Source: Candidatus Fraserbacteria bacterium (GTDB taxonomy: Bacteria > Bipolaricaulota > Bipolaricaulia > RBG-16-55-9 > DRXL01). Taken from it: 64,000 nucleotides of DNA. The position numbers were made by a program, and so were the translations under genes. The stretch spans positions 1-64,000 of the forward strand of contig CAMTVK010000005.1 in the NCBI GenBank assembly GCA_947085185.1, in the 5' to 3' direction. Within the stretch, counting starts at the first letter, position 1. Each line of letters starts with the position of its first letter. This document shows, one piece after another, positions 1-9,996 of the stretch. Below the pieces are notes generated by a model. It had not been told where the DNA came from. It searched no databases and saw only the letters and a list, made by a program, of their open reading frames with translations.

Positions 1-2
1 AA

Positions 3-83
3 GTCTACCGTACACTGAATCCTCTGGAGCTTCGCCGGCGGATTGAGAGGAATCTGGAGGAACTAAGGAGGCTACATGGGTAA
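3..83 (+). CDS. C-terminal end of a probable integrase-core (IS481/ISNCY-like) transposase, truncated by the window edge
   Basis: The frame from base 3 reads VYRTLNPLELRRRIERNLEELRRLHG*. The LNPxxLxRxI tail resembles this transposase group and is followed by subterminal repeats. Confidence 0.5.
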   Translation, partial: VYRTLNPLELRRRIERNLEELRRLHG

Positions 84-135
84 CAAGAATTATGAGGCAA
101 AGTTGCGGGCTTCGGTAACAGCTACTTATGAGGCA
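79..135 (+). mobile_element. Probable IS right end with two imperfect direct repeats GGTAACA-N4/5-TTATGAGGCA
   Basis: Copies at 79-99 and 114-135, immediately after the transposase-like stop codon. Confidence 0.5.
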
Positions 136-216
136 TCACGGGGGGACGCACGGAAACCCCATGCCGAAGGGACCCTCGTCCTTGGGCTGCGGCCCGCACG
201 GCTATACTCTGAAACT

Positions 217-495
217 ATGGATAGGCCCTGGCTCATAGGAAGCGCGCTCATTCTAGCAGCCGGACTGGCCCTCTGGTACGTCTGGCAAGGCTGGCAGCTC
301 ACAGAGCTCTCCAGCAAAGTCATCGCGAGCCGTCTTGAGCGCGACGCACTGCTCGCCCAGCGAGATCGCCTCAAGCTCGAAGTCATGCGATTCTGGTCCT
401 TAGAGAATATCGAGAAGATCGCCAAAGAGCGCCTGGGCATGAAGAAGATACCCCCAGGGACGCTCAAGCTCCCATGGATCGACGACTCACGATAG
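217..495 (+). CDS. ftsL: Cell division protein FtsL-like
   Basis: Short cytoplasmic N-terminus, one TM helix, coiled coil, IEKIAKERLGM motif. Overlaps ftsI. ATG217 is preceded by TATACT (203-208). Confidence 0.8.
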   Translation: MDRPWLIGSALILAAGLALWYVWQGWQLTELSSKVIASRLERDALLAQRDRLKLEVMRFWSLENIEKIAKERLGMKKIPPGTLKLPWIDDSR

Positions 496-2120
496 CGTTC
501 TTAGGGCTGATGGGCTTTTTCGTGCTTGTTGCTGGGCGGCTCGTGCAGCTTCAGATTGTCGAGGCCAACCAATGGAGGGAGCTGGCCGCCCGCTTCCAAG
601 AGGGCACGGTCACTCTTCCGGCCCTGCGCGGGCGCATCTACGACCGCAACGGCGTGCTGCTCGCCCAAGACGTGCGCGCGATCTCCGTCGCTCTCGATAC
701 CTATACCATGACGCGCCCTGATCTCTTAGAAGAGCTGCTCGTCAAACACTTACAGATCCCCAGGACAACTGCTCAAGAGAAGCTCTACAGACCAAGCTAT
801 TTCACGTGGATCGCCCGCGCGATCCCTCCAGAGCAAGCCGAAAGCTTAGCACGAGCTGCTCGCGAGGCCGGCGCCCGCGGCTTGATCTTTGTAGAAGACC
901 GCAAGCGTCAGTATCCCCACGGGGATCTCGCTTCCAACGTCATCGGCTTTGCGGGGGTTGACGGGCATGGCCTTGAAGGGCTCGAGCTGATGTTCGACAG
1001 AGAGCTCCAGGGCACCGAATCTCTCTGGAGCTTCGTGCGCATGGCCAATGGCACCCAGATCGAGCGCCGCCAAATCCAAGCCGGCCGCCCCGGGCGCGAT
1101 CTCGTGCTCACTCTAGACAGCCGCATTCAGTACATCGCCGAGAGTGCCATCACGCGTGGCGTGCACACATATAAAGCCAAAGCGGGCATCGTGATCGTGC
1201 TGGACCCCTGGACAGGAGAAGTGCTTGCGATGGCCCAAGATAAACGCTACGATCTCAATAATTTTCGGTCGTCGCGCCCGGAGCACAGACAGAATCTCGC
1301 CGTTGTCTATCCCTTTGAGCCGGGATCGTCGTTCAAAATCTTTACGATGCTTGCGGCATTGGAGAGCAACGTCATCGCTTTGGACGAGCGCATCTCCGGG
1401 AGCGCGACGTATCAGATCGCCCATCACACGTTCCGCAACGCCGACGGCAAAGAGTACGGCATGGTCACCCCCAAAGACACTATCAAAGATTCTATTAACA
1501 CGGCGATGATTCGGATTGCTCAGCGTCTCGGCGAAGAGCGGCTCTACCAAGCCCTCACGAGATACGGGTTTGGCCAGAAGACGGGGATCGAGCTACCTGG
1601 GGAAGTCTCTGGGTATCTTCCCCCAGTACGCTCATGGTCAGCCCTGGAGATCGGAGCGATCGCGATTGGGCAGTCCATCTCAGTCACAGCAATTCAGCTG
1701 GCGTCGCGCGTGGCGATGATCGCTAATGGAGGCAGACGCGTGCGCCCTCGCATCGTCAGCACTTCGGGCACTCAAAGCCCTCAGCCTGAGATTCCCGAAG
1801 TGCTGACGCGTCAGCTCACCGAGATGATGATCGAGACGGTGAGGACTGGCACGGGGGTCCTGGCCCAGATCGAGGGCTATACGATAGCTGCCAAAACGGG
1901 CACGGCTCAGAAGGCCGTGCCCGGCCAGGGCTACGTCAAGGGCAAGTACGTCGCGTCCTTTGAGGGCTTCTTCCCTGCGGAAGCGCCCAAATATGTGATC
2001 TTGGTTGTGCTCGATGAGCCTGGGGGGAGAGAGTACTATGGCAGCGAGACCGCCGCGCCGATCTTCAAAGAGATCGCGCAGCAGCTCATCGCGCTCGATC
2101 GCATCCCTCCTAGACCGTGA
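474..2120 (+). CDS. ftsI: Class B penicillin-binding protein (FtsI/PBP2-type transpeptidase)
   Basis: N-terminal TM helix, RGRIYDRNG, RQYP and GLEGLE motifs; catalytic motifs SxxK (SSFK), SxN (SIN) and KTGT are intact. Confidence 0.9.
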   Translation: MDRRLTIAFLGLMGFFVLVAGRLVQLQIVEANQWRELAARFQEGTVTLPALRGRIYDRNGVLLAQDVRAISVALDTYTMTRPDLLEELLVKHLQIPRTTAQEKLYRPSYFTWIARAIPPEQAESLARAAREAGARGLIFVEDRKRQYPHGDLASNVIGFAGVDGHGLEGLELMFDRELQGTESLWSFVRMANGTQIERRQIQAGRPGRDLVLTLDSRIQYIAESAITRGVHTYKAKAGIVIVLDPWTGEVLAMAQDKRYDLNNFRSSRPEHRQNLAVVYPFEPGSSFKIFTMLAALESNVIALDERISGSATYQIAHHTFRNADGKEYGMVTPKDTIKDSINTAMIRIAQRLGEERLYQALTRYGFGQKTGIELPGEVSGYLPPVRSWSALEIGAIAIGQSISVTAIQLASRVAMIANGGRRVRPRIVSTSGTQSPQPEIPEVLTRQLTEMMIETVRTGTGVLAQIEGYTIAAKTGTAQKAVPGQGYVKGKYVASFEGFFPAEAPKYVILVVLDEPGGREYYGSETAAPIFKEIAQQLIALDRIPPRP

Positions 2121-2889
2121 AGACTGCGCTCAGAGAAGCGCGCGGAGCTACCGCGATGGCGATCTCTGCCCCATTCAGATGCTCCTGCGCCGTCTTGAGC
2201 GCGAGCGTAGGACGATTATTGTTCTTGCTGAGATGCATCAAGACTGCAGTACGCAGACGCCCTCGCTCAGCCAGATAGCGCAAGGTCTGTGCGGCAGCGT
2301 CGTTGGAGAGATGTCCCACATCGCTCAAGATGCGCTGCTTTAAATCTTCTGGGTACCAGCCGTTCACGAGCATCTCGATGTCGTGATTGGACTCCAGCAT
2401 CACAAGATCGCACTCTGCAAGACGCTCTCGGATCTCGTCGGTGACCGTTCCCAAATCTGTGGCCACGGCAATGCGCTTGTTCAAACTCATAAAGAGCGAT
2501 GCTTCTTCGACGAGAAAGCCGCAGGGCTCCGCAGCATCGTGAGGGATGCGAAAGGGCTCAATAGAAAGATCGCGCACGGAGATCCTCTGCCCCAGCGTAA
2601 ACGTGCACACTTTCTCTGTTCCCGTAAGCAGGCGCTCCACAAACGGCGCGGTGCCCTCGCTCGTATAGATAGGGCACTGCAAGGCATGCGCAATTTGCCC
2701 TAGCCCACTGGTGTGATCGGCATGCTCATGCGTGACGAGAATCGCATCAATATGTGACAGCCCTAATCTGTGAAGCCTTTGCAAGATCTGCCGGCGCGAG
2801 AGCCCTGCGTCTACAAGCACTCGGGCGTGCTCGGAGACGATCAGCGTACAGTTTCCACTGCTGCCGCTGGCAAGAGAGACGATGCGCAT
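2110..2889 (-). CDS. MBL-fold metallo-hydrolase (YycJ/WalJ-like)
   Basis: SLASGSSGN, THEHADH, PHDA, ATDLG, LESNHD, GHLSN and HLS motifs. Confidence 0.88.
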   Translation of the reverse strand: MRIVSLASGSSGNCTLIVSEHARVLVDAGLSRRQILQRLHRLGLSHIDAILVTHEHADHTSGLGQIAHALQCPIYTSEGTAPFVERLLTGTEKVCTFTLGQRISVRDLSIEPFRIPHDAAEPCGFLVEEASLFMSLNKRIAVATDLGTVTDEIRERLAECDLVMLESNHDIEMLVNGWYPEDLKQRILSDVGHLSNDAAAQTLRYLAERGRLRTAVLMHLSKNNNRPTLALKTAQEHLNGAEIAIAVAPRASLSAVFTV

Positions 2890-2892
2890 AGA

Positions 2893-4161
2893 TTATGCAT
2901 ACAGGCCGCGGGCGCGCGCCGCCGTGGCCACCCGATCCAGTGCTACGCAGTACGCTGCTGTGCGCAAGTCCGTGTTCTCGCGCTCGCATGTCTCTTGGAC
3001 TGCGTGATACGCCCGGCTCATAAACTGATGGAGCAGTCGGTCTCTCTGCTCCACGCCCCAGCTGTAAGCTCGCTGGCTCTCGACCCACTCAAAGTAGCTT
3101 GCGAGCATCCCGCCGGCGTTGGCTAAAATATCAGGCACAACTACGATGCCCCGCTCATGGAGGATTCTGTCGGCCTCAAGGGTCGTCGGCCCGTTGGCAA
3201 GCTCGAGCACGGCTTTGGCTCTCACGGAACCCGCGTTTTCTTCAGTCAGTTGGTTCGCAAGGGCTGCGGGGACAAGCAGATCGCATCGCAGCGTGAGCAC
3301 TTCTTCGTTCGAGATGTTTTCAGCATGTGGGAAGTTTCGGACGCTCCCGGTGCTGCGCTTGTGCTCGATCAGTTCAGGGACCGAAAGCCCTTGCTCAGCG
3401 AAGACGCCCCCTGAAGAATCGCTCACAGCGATCACCCGCGCGCCGGCTTCGGCGATCAAGCGAGCGAAGCTCGTCCCGGCATTGCCGAAGCCTTGGATAG
3501 CGACCGTCGCCCCTTCGATGGGGGTCTCGAGAGATTTGAGCACTTCCGTAGTGATGAAGAACGCGCCGCGCCCGCTGGCGTGAGTTCGTTCTGGCAAGCC
3601 TCCTAACACCGGCGGTTTGCCCGTCATGGCTGGGGCCATGAAACGCCCGTGCGCGTGCATGCTGAGCGTGTCCAGCATCCACGCGATCTCGCGTGCGCTC
3701 GTGTGCAGATCGGGCTCAAGGATATCTCGCTCTGGGCCGAGTATGGGAGAGATCTCAGCAACATAGCGTCGTGTCAGGCGCTCGAGCTCCCCAACAGAGA
3801 GCGCTTTCGGGTCACAGGCAACGCCCCCTCTGGCCCCGCTGAGCGGCACCCCTAAGAGCGCTGCTTCCCACGTCGCTAAAATCGCTAACGCTTCGACCTC
3901 TTCTACGGTCACATCGGGATGGTAGCGCACCCCGCCCGTGCATGGCCCCAACACCGCGTGATATTGCACGCGATAGCCCTCGACATAGCGCACTTCCCCG
4001 GAGTCCATCTGCATGGGAAAGCCCACGATCAGCTTTCTCTTGGGATAGCGCAACAGTTCTCTAAGAGAAGTCTCTAATCCCAAGCGTGCCGCAGCTTCGT
4101 CGAAGAAGTATCGTGCCGTCTGGAGCAGTTGGGCTTCGGAGCGTCGTTGGATCTCAAACAT
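2893..4161 (-). CDS. Glu/Leu/Phe/Val dehydrogenase family protein, probably catalytically inactive (regulatory GdhA-like)
   Basis: GGVRYHP, TGKP, QGFGNAG, ELANGP and PDILANAGG..SYFEW motifs are present; the conserved lysines are replaced (T75, E99, R111). Confidence 0.85.
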   Translation of the reverse strand: MFEIQRRSEAQLLQTARYFFDEAAARLGLETSLRELLRYPKRKLIVGFPMQMDSGEVRYVEGYRVQYHAVLGPCTGGVRYHPDVTVEEVEALAILATWEAALLGVPLSGARGGVACDPKALSVGELERLTRRYVAEISPILGPERDILEPDLHTSAREIAWMLDTLSMHAHGRFMAPAMTGKPPVLGGLPERTHASGRGAFFITTEVLKSLETPIEGATVAIQGFGNAGTSFARLIAEAGARVIAVSDSSGGVFAEQGLSVPELIEHKRSTGSVRNFPHAENISNEEVLTLRCDLLVPAALANQLTEENAGSVRAKAVLELANGPTTLEADRILHERGIVVVPDILANAGGMLASYFEWVESQRAYSWGVEQRDRLLHQFMSRAYHAVQETCERENTDLRTAAYCVALDRVATAARARGLYA

Positions 4162-4164
4162 AGC

Positions 4165-4710
4165 TTAGAGCATGTGCACCCACCACAGCAGGCCGACGAG
4201 CGTCTTAGCGTCGTGAACTTGTCCGGAGCGCAGCATCTCTTGCACTTGAGCGCGCGTGTAGAAACGGACTTCGATCTGTTCGTCGTCGGCGGAGTGGTTC
4301 TTGAGGGTGGGTGCCACGTCTTGGGCCAGATAGAGCCACATCTTTTCTGTGCAGAAGCCGGGCGCAGTGTAGAACGTCTGCAGGTGTGTCCAGCGCCGCG
4401 CTAAGAGCTTCGTCTCTTCTGCCAGCTCGCGCTGCGCGCACGAGAGGGGCTCTTCGCCGGGTTCGAGCGTCCCCGCAGGAATCTCTAACAGAGATTGCTC
4501 AGCGGCTTTGCGAAATTGCCGCACGAGCGCAACTCGCTGATCCTCGCCATCCCCACACACAGCAACTATGGCGACAGCGCCGGGATGCTCGACAATCTCA
4601 CGGGTCGTTTTGCGCCCGTCTTCAAGAGCCACCTCATCAACGCGCACCTTGAGCAGTCGTCCCTCAAAGACTTTTCGCGATGTGATGGTCTTCTCACTCA
4701 CGGTCTTCAC
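4165..4710 (-). CDS. nudF: NUDIX hydrolase, ADP-ribose pyrophosphatase type
   Basis: REIVEHPGAV, Nudix box EIPAGTLEPGE...AQRELAEET, APGF and DAKT motifs. Confidence 0.85.
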   Translation of the reverse strand: MKTVSEKTITSRKVFEGRLLKVRVDEVALEDGRKTTREIVEHPGAVAIVAVCGDGEDQRVALVRQFRKAAEQSLLEIPAGTLEPGEEPLSCAQRELAEETKLLARRWTHLQTFYTAPGFCTEKMWLYLAQDVAPTLKNHSADDEQIEVRFYTRAQVQEMLRSGQVHDAKTLVGLLWWVHML

Positions 4711-5227
4711 TCTCTTCGCTTCTGTCGTCCTCGTGCTCTTGCGGGGCAGAGGGAGCGTTCTCAGCGAGCTGCTGCCAATCAGGGGCGTACAGGCGCATCC
4801 GCCACTGCTGATGGCGCTCCAGCTCTTGCTTCTCTTTCTTCATGGTGGCGATCCACGTCATGAGCGACTCCCGTGTGGGGGGACGCTCCCGCCGACTTAG
4901 AAGCGCTCCTGCGTCGAGCGTCGCTAAGCGCTCATCTAAGGCCTTCTTGACTTGGGTCACTTCGTTGTGAAAGAGCGCCGCGTCGCGGTCCTGTCGTGAG
5001 ACCCTCTTGAGAGAGAGATTGTACTTGCCCTCAGCGTTGCGCCCGATGACCTTCACCACGACCTGCTGCCCCACCGTAAGATATTGTGAGATGTCGCGCA
5101 CATACTCAGGAGCGATTTCAGAGATATGGATCATCCCTTGGTCACCGGTGACCAAGCGCACGAACGCCCCGTAGGCCTTGATCGCCGTCACTTCACCGAT
5201 GACTGCCTCATCGGGTTGGAGCTCCAT
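4694..5227 (-). CDS. S1 RNA-binding domain protein (YugI/GSP13-like) with a helical C-terminal extension
   Basis: GEVTAIKAYGAFV...GMIHISEIA...VGQQVVVKVI...LSLK. Confidence 0.8.
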   Translation of the reverse strand: MELQPDEAVIGEVTAIKAYGAFVRLVTGDQGMIHISEIAPEYVRDISQYLTVGQQVVVKVIGRNAEGKYNLSLKRVSRQDRDAALFHNEVTQVKKALDERLATLDAGALLSRRERPPTRESLMTWIATMKKEKQELERHQQWRMRLYAPDWQQLAENAPSAPQEHEDDRSEESEDRE

Positions 5228-5261
5228 GGTGCCCTCCTTTCTCTGGCTCTCTGTCCCCTAT

Positions 5262-6164
5262 CTACAGTACCGATTTGTCTGAGGGCGCGCAACCCATCGA
5301 TCTTAAAACTGATCGGAGCGTCTGCGGGCGAAAGCCGAACTCGTCTTCGATCACTGTGAGGCTATGGGCAATGTGATCGTGCGAGAGAAAGTGTCCCGGC
5401 ACAAAGGGCGTGCGCACCCCACATCGCTCGAGCCAGCGCACGCAGACGCGCGTCGCGCGCCGCGGCACATGAATCTTACGCTTCTTCAGCTGCAAAGCCT
5501 CTAAGACCGTAGTGACGATCTGCTCGTACGAAAGCACCTCTGGGCCGCCGACTGTCAGCGTTTTATTGTCATATCTCGTGCTGGAGATCGCTGTGCAGAT
5601 ACACCGCACGATGTCGTGCACTGAGATCGGCTGGAATTTCGTGCTCCCGGAGCCGATGATGGGCACGACGGGCCACCGCTGAGCCATCTCCACAATACCC
5701 CCTAAGAATGGGTCTCCCGGCCCGACGATCACCGAACAGCGCAGGATCGTATAGAGTAAAGAGCTGTTTTGAATGGCTTGCTCAGCAAGCCACACCGAGT
5801 GCGCATACGGCCAAGCTGGTCTATTGGCAGCCGTCACTGTGCTCAGATAGAGAAATCTTCTCGATCTCTGGGATTGGGCAGCCTGGACGAGCCGTGCTGT
5901 TCCTTCGACGTTGGTGCGATGGATCAGCGTTGGAGAGCCCCGATGGAGCGCTGCCAAATGAATGACGACCTCGGCTGTGCCTAGAGAGCGTGGGTGGAGC
6001 CGCAGCAGATCCCCCACGACGACCTCACAGCCGAGCCTCTGGAAGAACTCAGCTTGCTCGGCAGCACGCACCAGACATCGGAGCCGATGCCCCTGGTCTA
6101 TCAGGGCCGGCACAAGATGCCGCCCGATAAACCCTGTCGCCCCGGTGAGAAAGATCTCTGCCAT
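5262..6164 (-). CDS. NAD(P)-dependent epimerase/atypical SDR (NDUFA9-like)
   Basis: IFLTGATGFIG Rossmann motif, VIHLAA, TNVEGT, FQPISVHD. Confidence 0.85.
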   Translation of the reverse strand: MAEIFLTGATGFIGRHLVPALIDQGHRLRCLVRAAEQAEFFQRLGCEVVVGDLLRLHPRSLGTAEVVIHLAALHRGSPTLIHRTNVEGTARLVQAAQSQRSRRFLYLSTVTAANRPAWPYAHSVWLAEQAIQNSSLLYTILRCSVIVGPGDPFLGGIVEMAQRWPVVPIIGSGSTKFQPISVHDIVRCICTAISSTRYDNKTLTVGGPEVLSYEQIVTTVLEALQLKKRKIHVPRRATRVCVRWLERCGVRTPFVPGHFLSHDHIAHSLTVIEDEFGFRPQTLRSVLRSMGCAPSDKSVL

Positions 6165-6233
6165 ATCTCATATCATACCGGGCACTTGAATCTGTGTGCC
6201 TCGAAAGACTATAATGCTCCCGGTGATCTCCAT

Positions 6234-6791
6234 ATGGTGGACAAACGTATCGCTGAGCTGAGAGCTCATATGGACAAGACGGTCCAAGTCTTCGAGCACG
6301 AGTTGGTCAAGCTGCGCACGGGCCGGGCTACTCCAGCTATGGTCGAGGACGTCAAAGTGGACTACTACGGCACCCATACACCGTTGAAGCATCTGGCCCG
6401 CATCACCGCGCCAGAGCCCGATCTCATTATCATCCAGCCCTTTGACAAAAGTCAAGTGCGCGCCATCGAGAAGGCCATCCAGGCGGCAAACTTGGGGTTC
6501 AACCCCATCGTAGACGGCGATCTGTTGCGCATCAAAGTCCCGCGGCTTACGGAAGAGCGCCGCAAGGAGCTTGCTAAAGTGATTCGCGAGAAGGCAGAAG
6601 AGGCCAAGGTCGCCCTGCGCAACATCCGTCGTGATGCCAAAGACCACATCGATAAAGAGAAGAAAGACGGCACGCTCTCTGAGGATGACCATGGCCGGCT
6701 CTTGAAGGAGCTCGACAAAGTGACCCATGAATACACAGCGAAGATAGATGAGACGGCGCAAGCCAAAGAGAAGCAGCTCATGAGCGTTTGA
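6234..6791 (+). CDS. frr: Ribosome recycling factor
   Basis: LRTGRATP, VDYYG, PRLTEERRKEL and RNIRRDA motifs. Start reassigned to ATG6234; TTGAAT/TATAAT promoter at 6186-6215. Confidence 0.95.
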   Translation: MVDKRIAELRAHMDKTVQVFEHELVKLRTGRATPAMVEDVKVDYYGTHTPLKHLARITAPEPDLIIIQPFDKSQVRAIEKAIQAANLGFNPIVDGDLLRIKVPRLTEERRKELAKVIREKAEEAKVALRNIRRDAKDHIDKEKKDGTLSEDDHGRLLKELDKVTHEYTAKIDETAQAKEKQLMSV

Positions 6792-6816
6792 CAAAGAGCA
6801 CGCAAATCAGTACAAT
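6788..6816 (+). promoter_or_regulatory. sigma70-type promoter of the V/A-ATPase operon
   Basis: TTGACA-17 bp-TACAAT. Confidence 0.75.
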
Positions 6817-6981
6817 ACACGAAACATCGCTCATATGCTCAGATCGAGGTCTTTCGTTTACCGTGGAGACGTCAAACACTGGTGAAGAAGCTGTTGCGCC
6901 TCTCTCTAGGAAGAGCAGAAGGCGTTCTGTCTTAAGCTATCCCATTCTCTTTGCATATCTTCCTCAAAGGACGGGCGTTTT

Positions 6982-7296
6982 ATGGGAGACATATTAGAGC
7001 GCATTCGGGAAGCCGAAGCCCAAGCGGAACAGATCAAATCCGATGCCCGACGCCAAGCCGATGAGATCCTCGCTGAGGCCCGCCAAGCGGCCACTACATT
7101 GATTGAAGAAGCCAAGCGCGCCGCACGCGACGAAGGAGCCAAGCTGATCGCTGCTGAAGAGAGCAAAGCCCTCCAAGAGGCCAAGGAGATCCGTGAGCGC
7201 GGGGCGCACCAAGCCGCACAGATCCAAAAAGACGCGGAAAGCCGGGTTGCAGCAGCTGTGGAGTTTGTGCTCCAGCGCGTGGTGATGCGGCCATGA
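6982..7296 (+). CDS. V/A-type ATPase subunit H/G (peripheral stalk)
   Basis: A/E/K-rich coiled coil; first gene of the operon. Confidence 0.8.
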   Translation: MGDILERIREAEAQAEQIKSDARRQADEILAEARQAATTLIEEAKRAARDEGAKLIAAEESKALQEAKEIRERGAHQAAQIQKDAESRVAAAVEFVLQRVVMRP

Positions 7297-9479
7297 GCCT
7301 GGCGCGCATGCAGAAGGTCCGGCTCATCGGGCACGAGTCCGAACGCGCTCGTATCTTGACGGTCTTGCAAGACTTGGGCGTGCTCCAGATCGCGGACTTG
7401 ACTCATAAGAAAGAGCAGACGCTCTCTGGCTTCCGCCCCAAAACCCCCGCAGCAGACGAGATCGAGGCAAAGCTCGTTGACCTGCGCTATACCCTTGATT
7501 TCTTCGCGCGCTATGACACGGAGAAGAAGGGGTTCATCCAGAGCTTCTTCAACCTCAAGGAGCTCATTCGTCCTGAGGAGCTCACCAAGATCGCTCAAGA
7601 GTACGACTATCGGCCCATCTATCAGCAAGTGCGCCAGCTCGATCTGCGAAGCGTGGAGCTGCGCTCCGAGCGCGCCCAGCTTGAGGCACGACGGACAGAG
7701 CTGCTTCCTTGGCGAAAGCTTCCCATCCCTCTCGAAGAGCTGCGCCCCACAGCGACGACGGTGCCTGTGCTCGGCCGCGTGCCAAAAGAGAAAACTCTTG
7801 AGCTCACCCAGGCGATCCAGCGCGACCTGCCCGACTCAGCGACCGTGCAGATCGCCCACGAAGACGAGAAATCAAGCTATTTCTACGCGTTTGTGCTCAA
7901 AGATTCCGAAGAGCACTTGCTCAAGATACTCACCGATCACGGAGGGGAGCGCCTCAGCGTGCCAAGCTCGACCAGCTGTGGACTTCCCAAAGCCATACTC
8001 GAAGAGATCGAGCGTCGCATCCGTGAGATAGACGTCTGTCAGAAACAGATCACAGAGAGCGCTCGAGCGCTCTTGCCAGAAAAGCCCAAGATCCAAGCGC
8101 TCTATGACTATTTTTATAACGAACATCTCAAGGCTCAATCCCAGGCGCGTCTGCTGGGCAGCCCCAATACGTTCATCCTAGAGGGATGGATCCGCGAGAG
8201 CGACGTTGAGCGCTTGGCAGGCGCCTTGCGCAATACCAGCGAAGCCGTCTATCTGGAGCGCATCAATCCCGATCCCGACGAAGTTGCCCCGGTCGCGTTA
8301 GAGAATAGAAGGCTCTTCAAGCCCGCGGAATTTTTGATCAAGCTCTTTGGGCTCCCCAATCAGAGCGAGCTTGACCCGACGCCCTTTGTCCTACCGTTCT
8401 TTGCGATCTTCTTCGGGATTGCTCTGACGGATGCGGGGTATGGACTGGCGCTCATCGCGATCTTTTCGTACTTGAAGCGTCGCTATCGCCACAAGCGGGG
8501 CTTCCAGCCCTTTGCCAATCTCATTATCTTGGGTGGGATTTCAGCGGTGATCGCCGGGGCGCTCACGGGGGGATGGTTCGGCCCGGACTTGGCTCAGGCC
8601 CTCCAAACTGTTGTAGGCCGATCACTGGTGCTCTTCGACATAAGCACCCCCTCAGGCTTGATCGCGTTTCTGCTCTTTTCGTTCGCGCTGGGGTTCATTC
8701 AGGTGCTCTTGGGCAATGCCCTGGAATTCTATGACAAGGCGCGACATGGGCGTTTCTGGGAGGCCCTCTGGTATGAGGGCAGCTGGATGACATTCATGGT
8801 GGGCTTAGGGATCGTTGCCGGCGTGGGCGTTCCTGCGATCATGCCCAAGGAGCTCAACGCGCCGGGGCTGCCGCCAACTTGGATGCCTGTGGGGATATAT
8901 CTGAGCTTGGTCGGAGCGCTCTTGGTGCTCTTTTTCAGTCGCGTCGAATCTCCTGAGAGATTGAGCCAACAGATGCCGTGGCTGATAGTGACGGCCGGCT
9001 TGGTCTTGTGGCTGAACAGTCCGCTCACGGTATGGGGGGAGGTGTTGACTGCCCTGGGGATTGTGGGGACTTTGACGGTGGCACCACAGCCAGGGCTGAG
9101 CTTGGGAGCGCGTGTGCGCAGTGTGCTGAGGCGCGTTGGGGCTGGGCTCTTTAGGCTCTATGGGACGACTGGGCTCTTGGGCGATGTGCTCTCGTATTCA
9201 CGCATTATGGCCCTCGGCGTCTCTACAGGGTTGATCGCCGCCTCTATGAATAAGCTCTCTCTGATGGCGTTGGGTATCCCGTTTGTGGGCATTGTGGTCT
9301 CTGTTGTGTTCTTGATCGTGTTGCAAATCATTAGTCTTGTGATCAATTCGCTGTCGGCGTTTGTGCACGCGGCTCGGTTGCACTACGTCGAGTTCTTCAC
9401 GAAGTTCTATGAATCGGGTGGTGCAGCGTTTAAGCCATTCACGCGGGAGTCAGTCTACTATGACGTGCACAAAGAATAA
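7293..9479 (+). CDS. ntpI: V/A-type ATPase subunit I (a)
   Basis: ELDPTP, FFGIALTDAGYG, GDVLSYSRIMALG and HAARLHYVEFFTKFY motifs. Confidence 0.95.
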   Translation: MSLARMQKVRLIGHESERARILTVLQDLGVLQIADLTHKKEQTLSGFRPKTPAADEIEAKLVDLRYTLDFFARYDTEKKGFIQSFFNLKELIRPEELTKIAQEYDYRPIYQQVRQLDLRSVELRSERAQLEARRTELLPWRKLPIPLEELRPTATTVPVLGRVPKEKTLELTQAIQRDLPDSATVQIAHEDEKSSYFYAFVLKDSEEHLLKILTDHGGERLSVPSSTSCGLPKAILEEIERRIREIDVCQKQITESARALLPEKPKIQALYDYFYNEHLKAQSQARLLGSPNTFILEGWIRESDVERLAGALRNTSEAVYLERINPDPDEVAPVALENRRLFKPAEFLIKLFGLPNQSELDPTPFVLPFFAIFFGIALTDAGYGLALIAIFSYLKRRYRHKRGFQPFANLIILGGISAVIAGALTGGWFGPDLAQALQTVVGRSLVLFDISTPSGLIAFLLFSFALGFIQVLLGNALEFYDKARHGRFWEALWYEGSWMTFMVGLGIVAGVGVPAIMPKELNAPGLPPTWMPVGIYLSLVGALLVLFFSRVESPERLSQQMPWLIVTAGLVLWLNSPLTVWGEVLTALGIVGTLTVAPQPGLSLGARVRSVLRRVGAGLFRLYGTTGLLGDVLSYSRIMALGVSTGLIAASMNKLSLMALGIPFVGIVVSVVFLIVLQIISLVINSLSAFVHAARLHYVEFFTKFYESGGAAFKPFTRESVYYDVHKE

Positions 9480-9995
<516 letters not shown>

Positions 9996-9996
9996 C

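Noticed and set aside
76..216. Extended N-terminus of ftsL (similar extensions for frr, eno, FAH and the binding protein)
   Set aside because: It runs through IS repeats or promoter DNA; the downstream ATGs fit family lengths and promoter signals.
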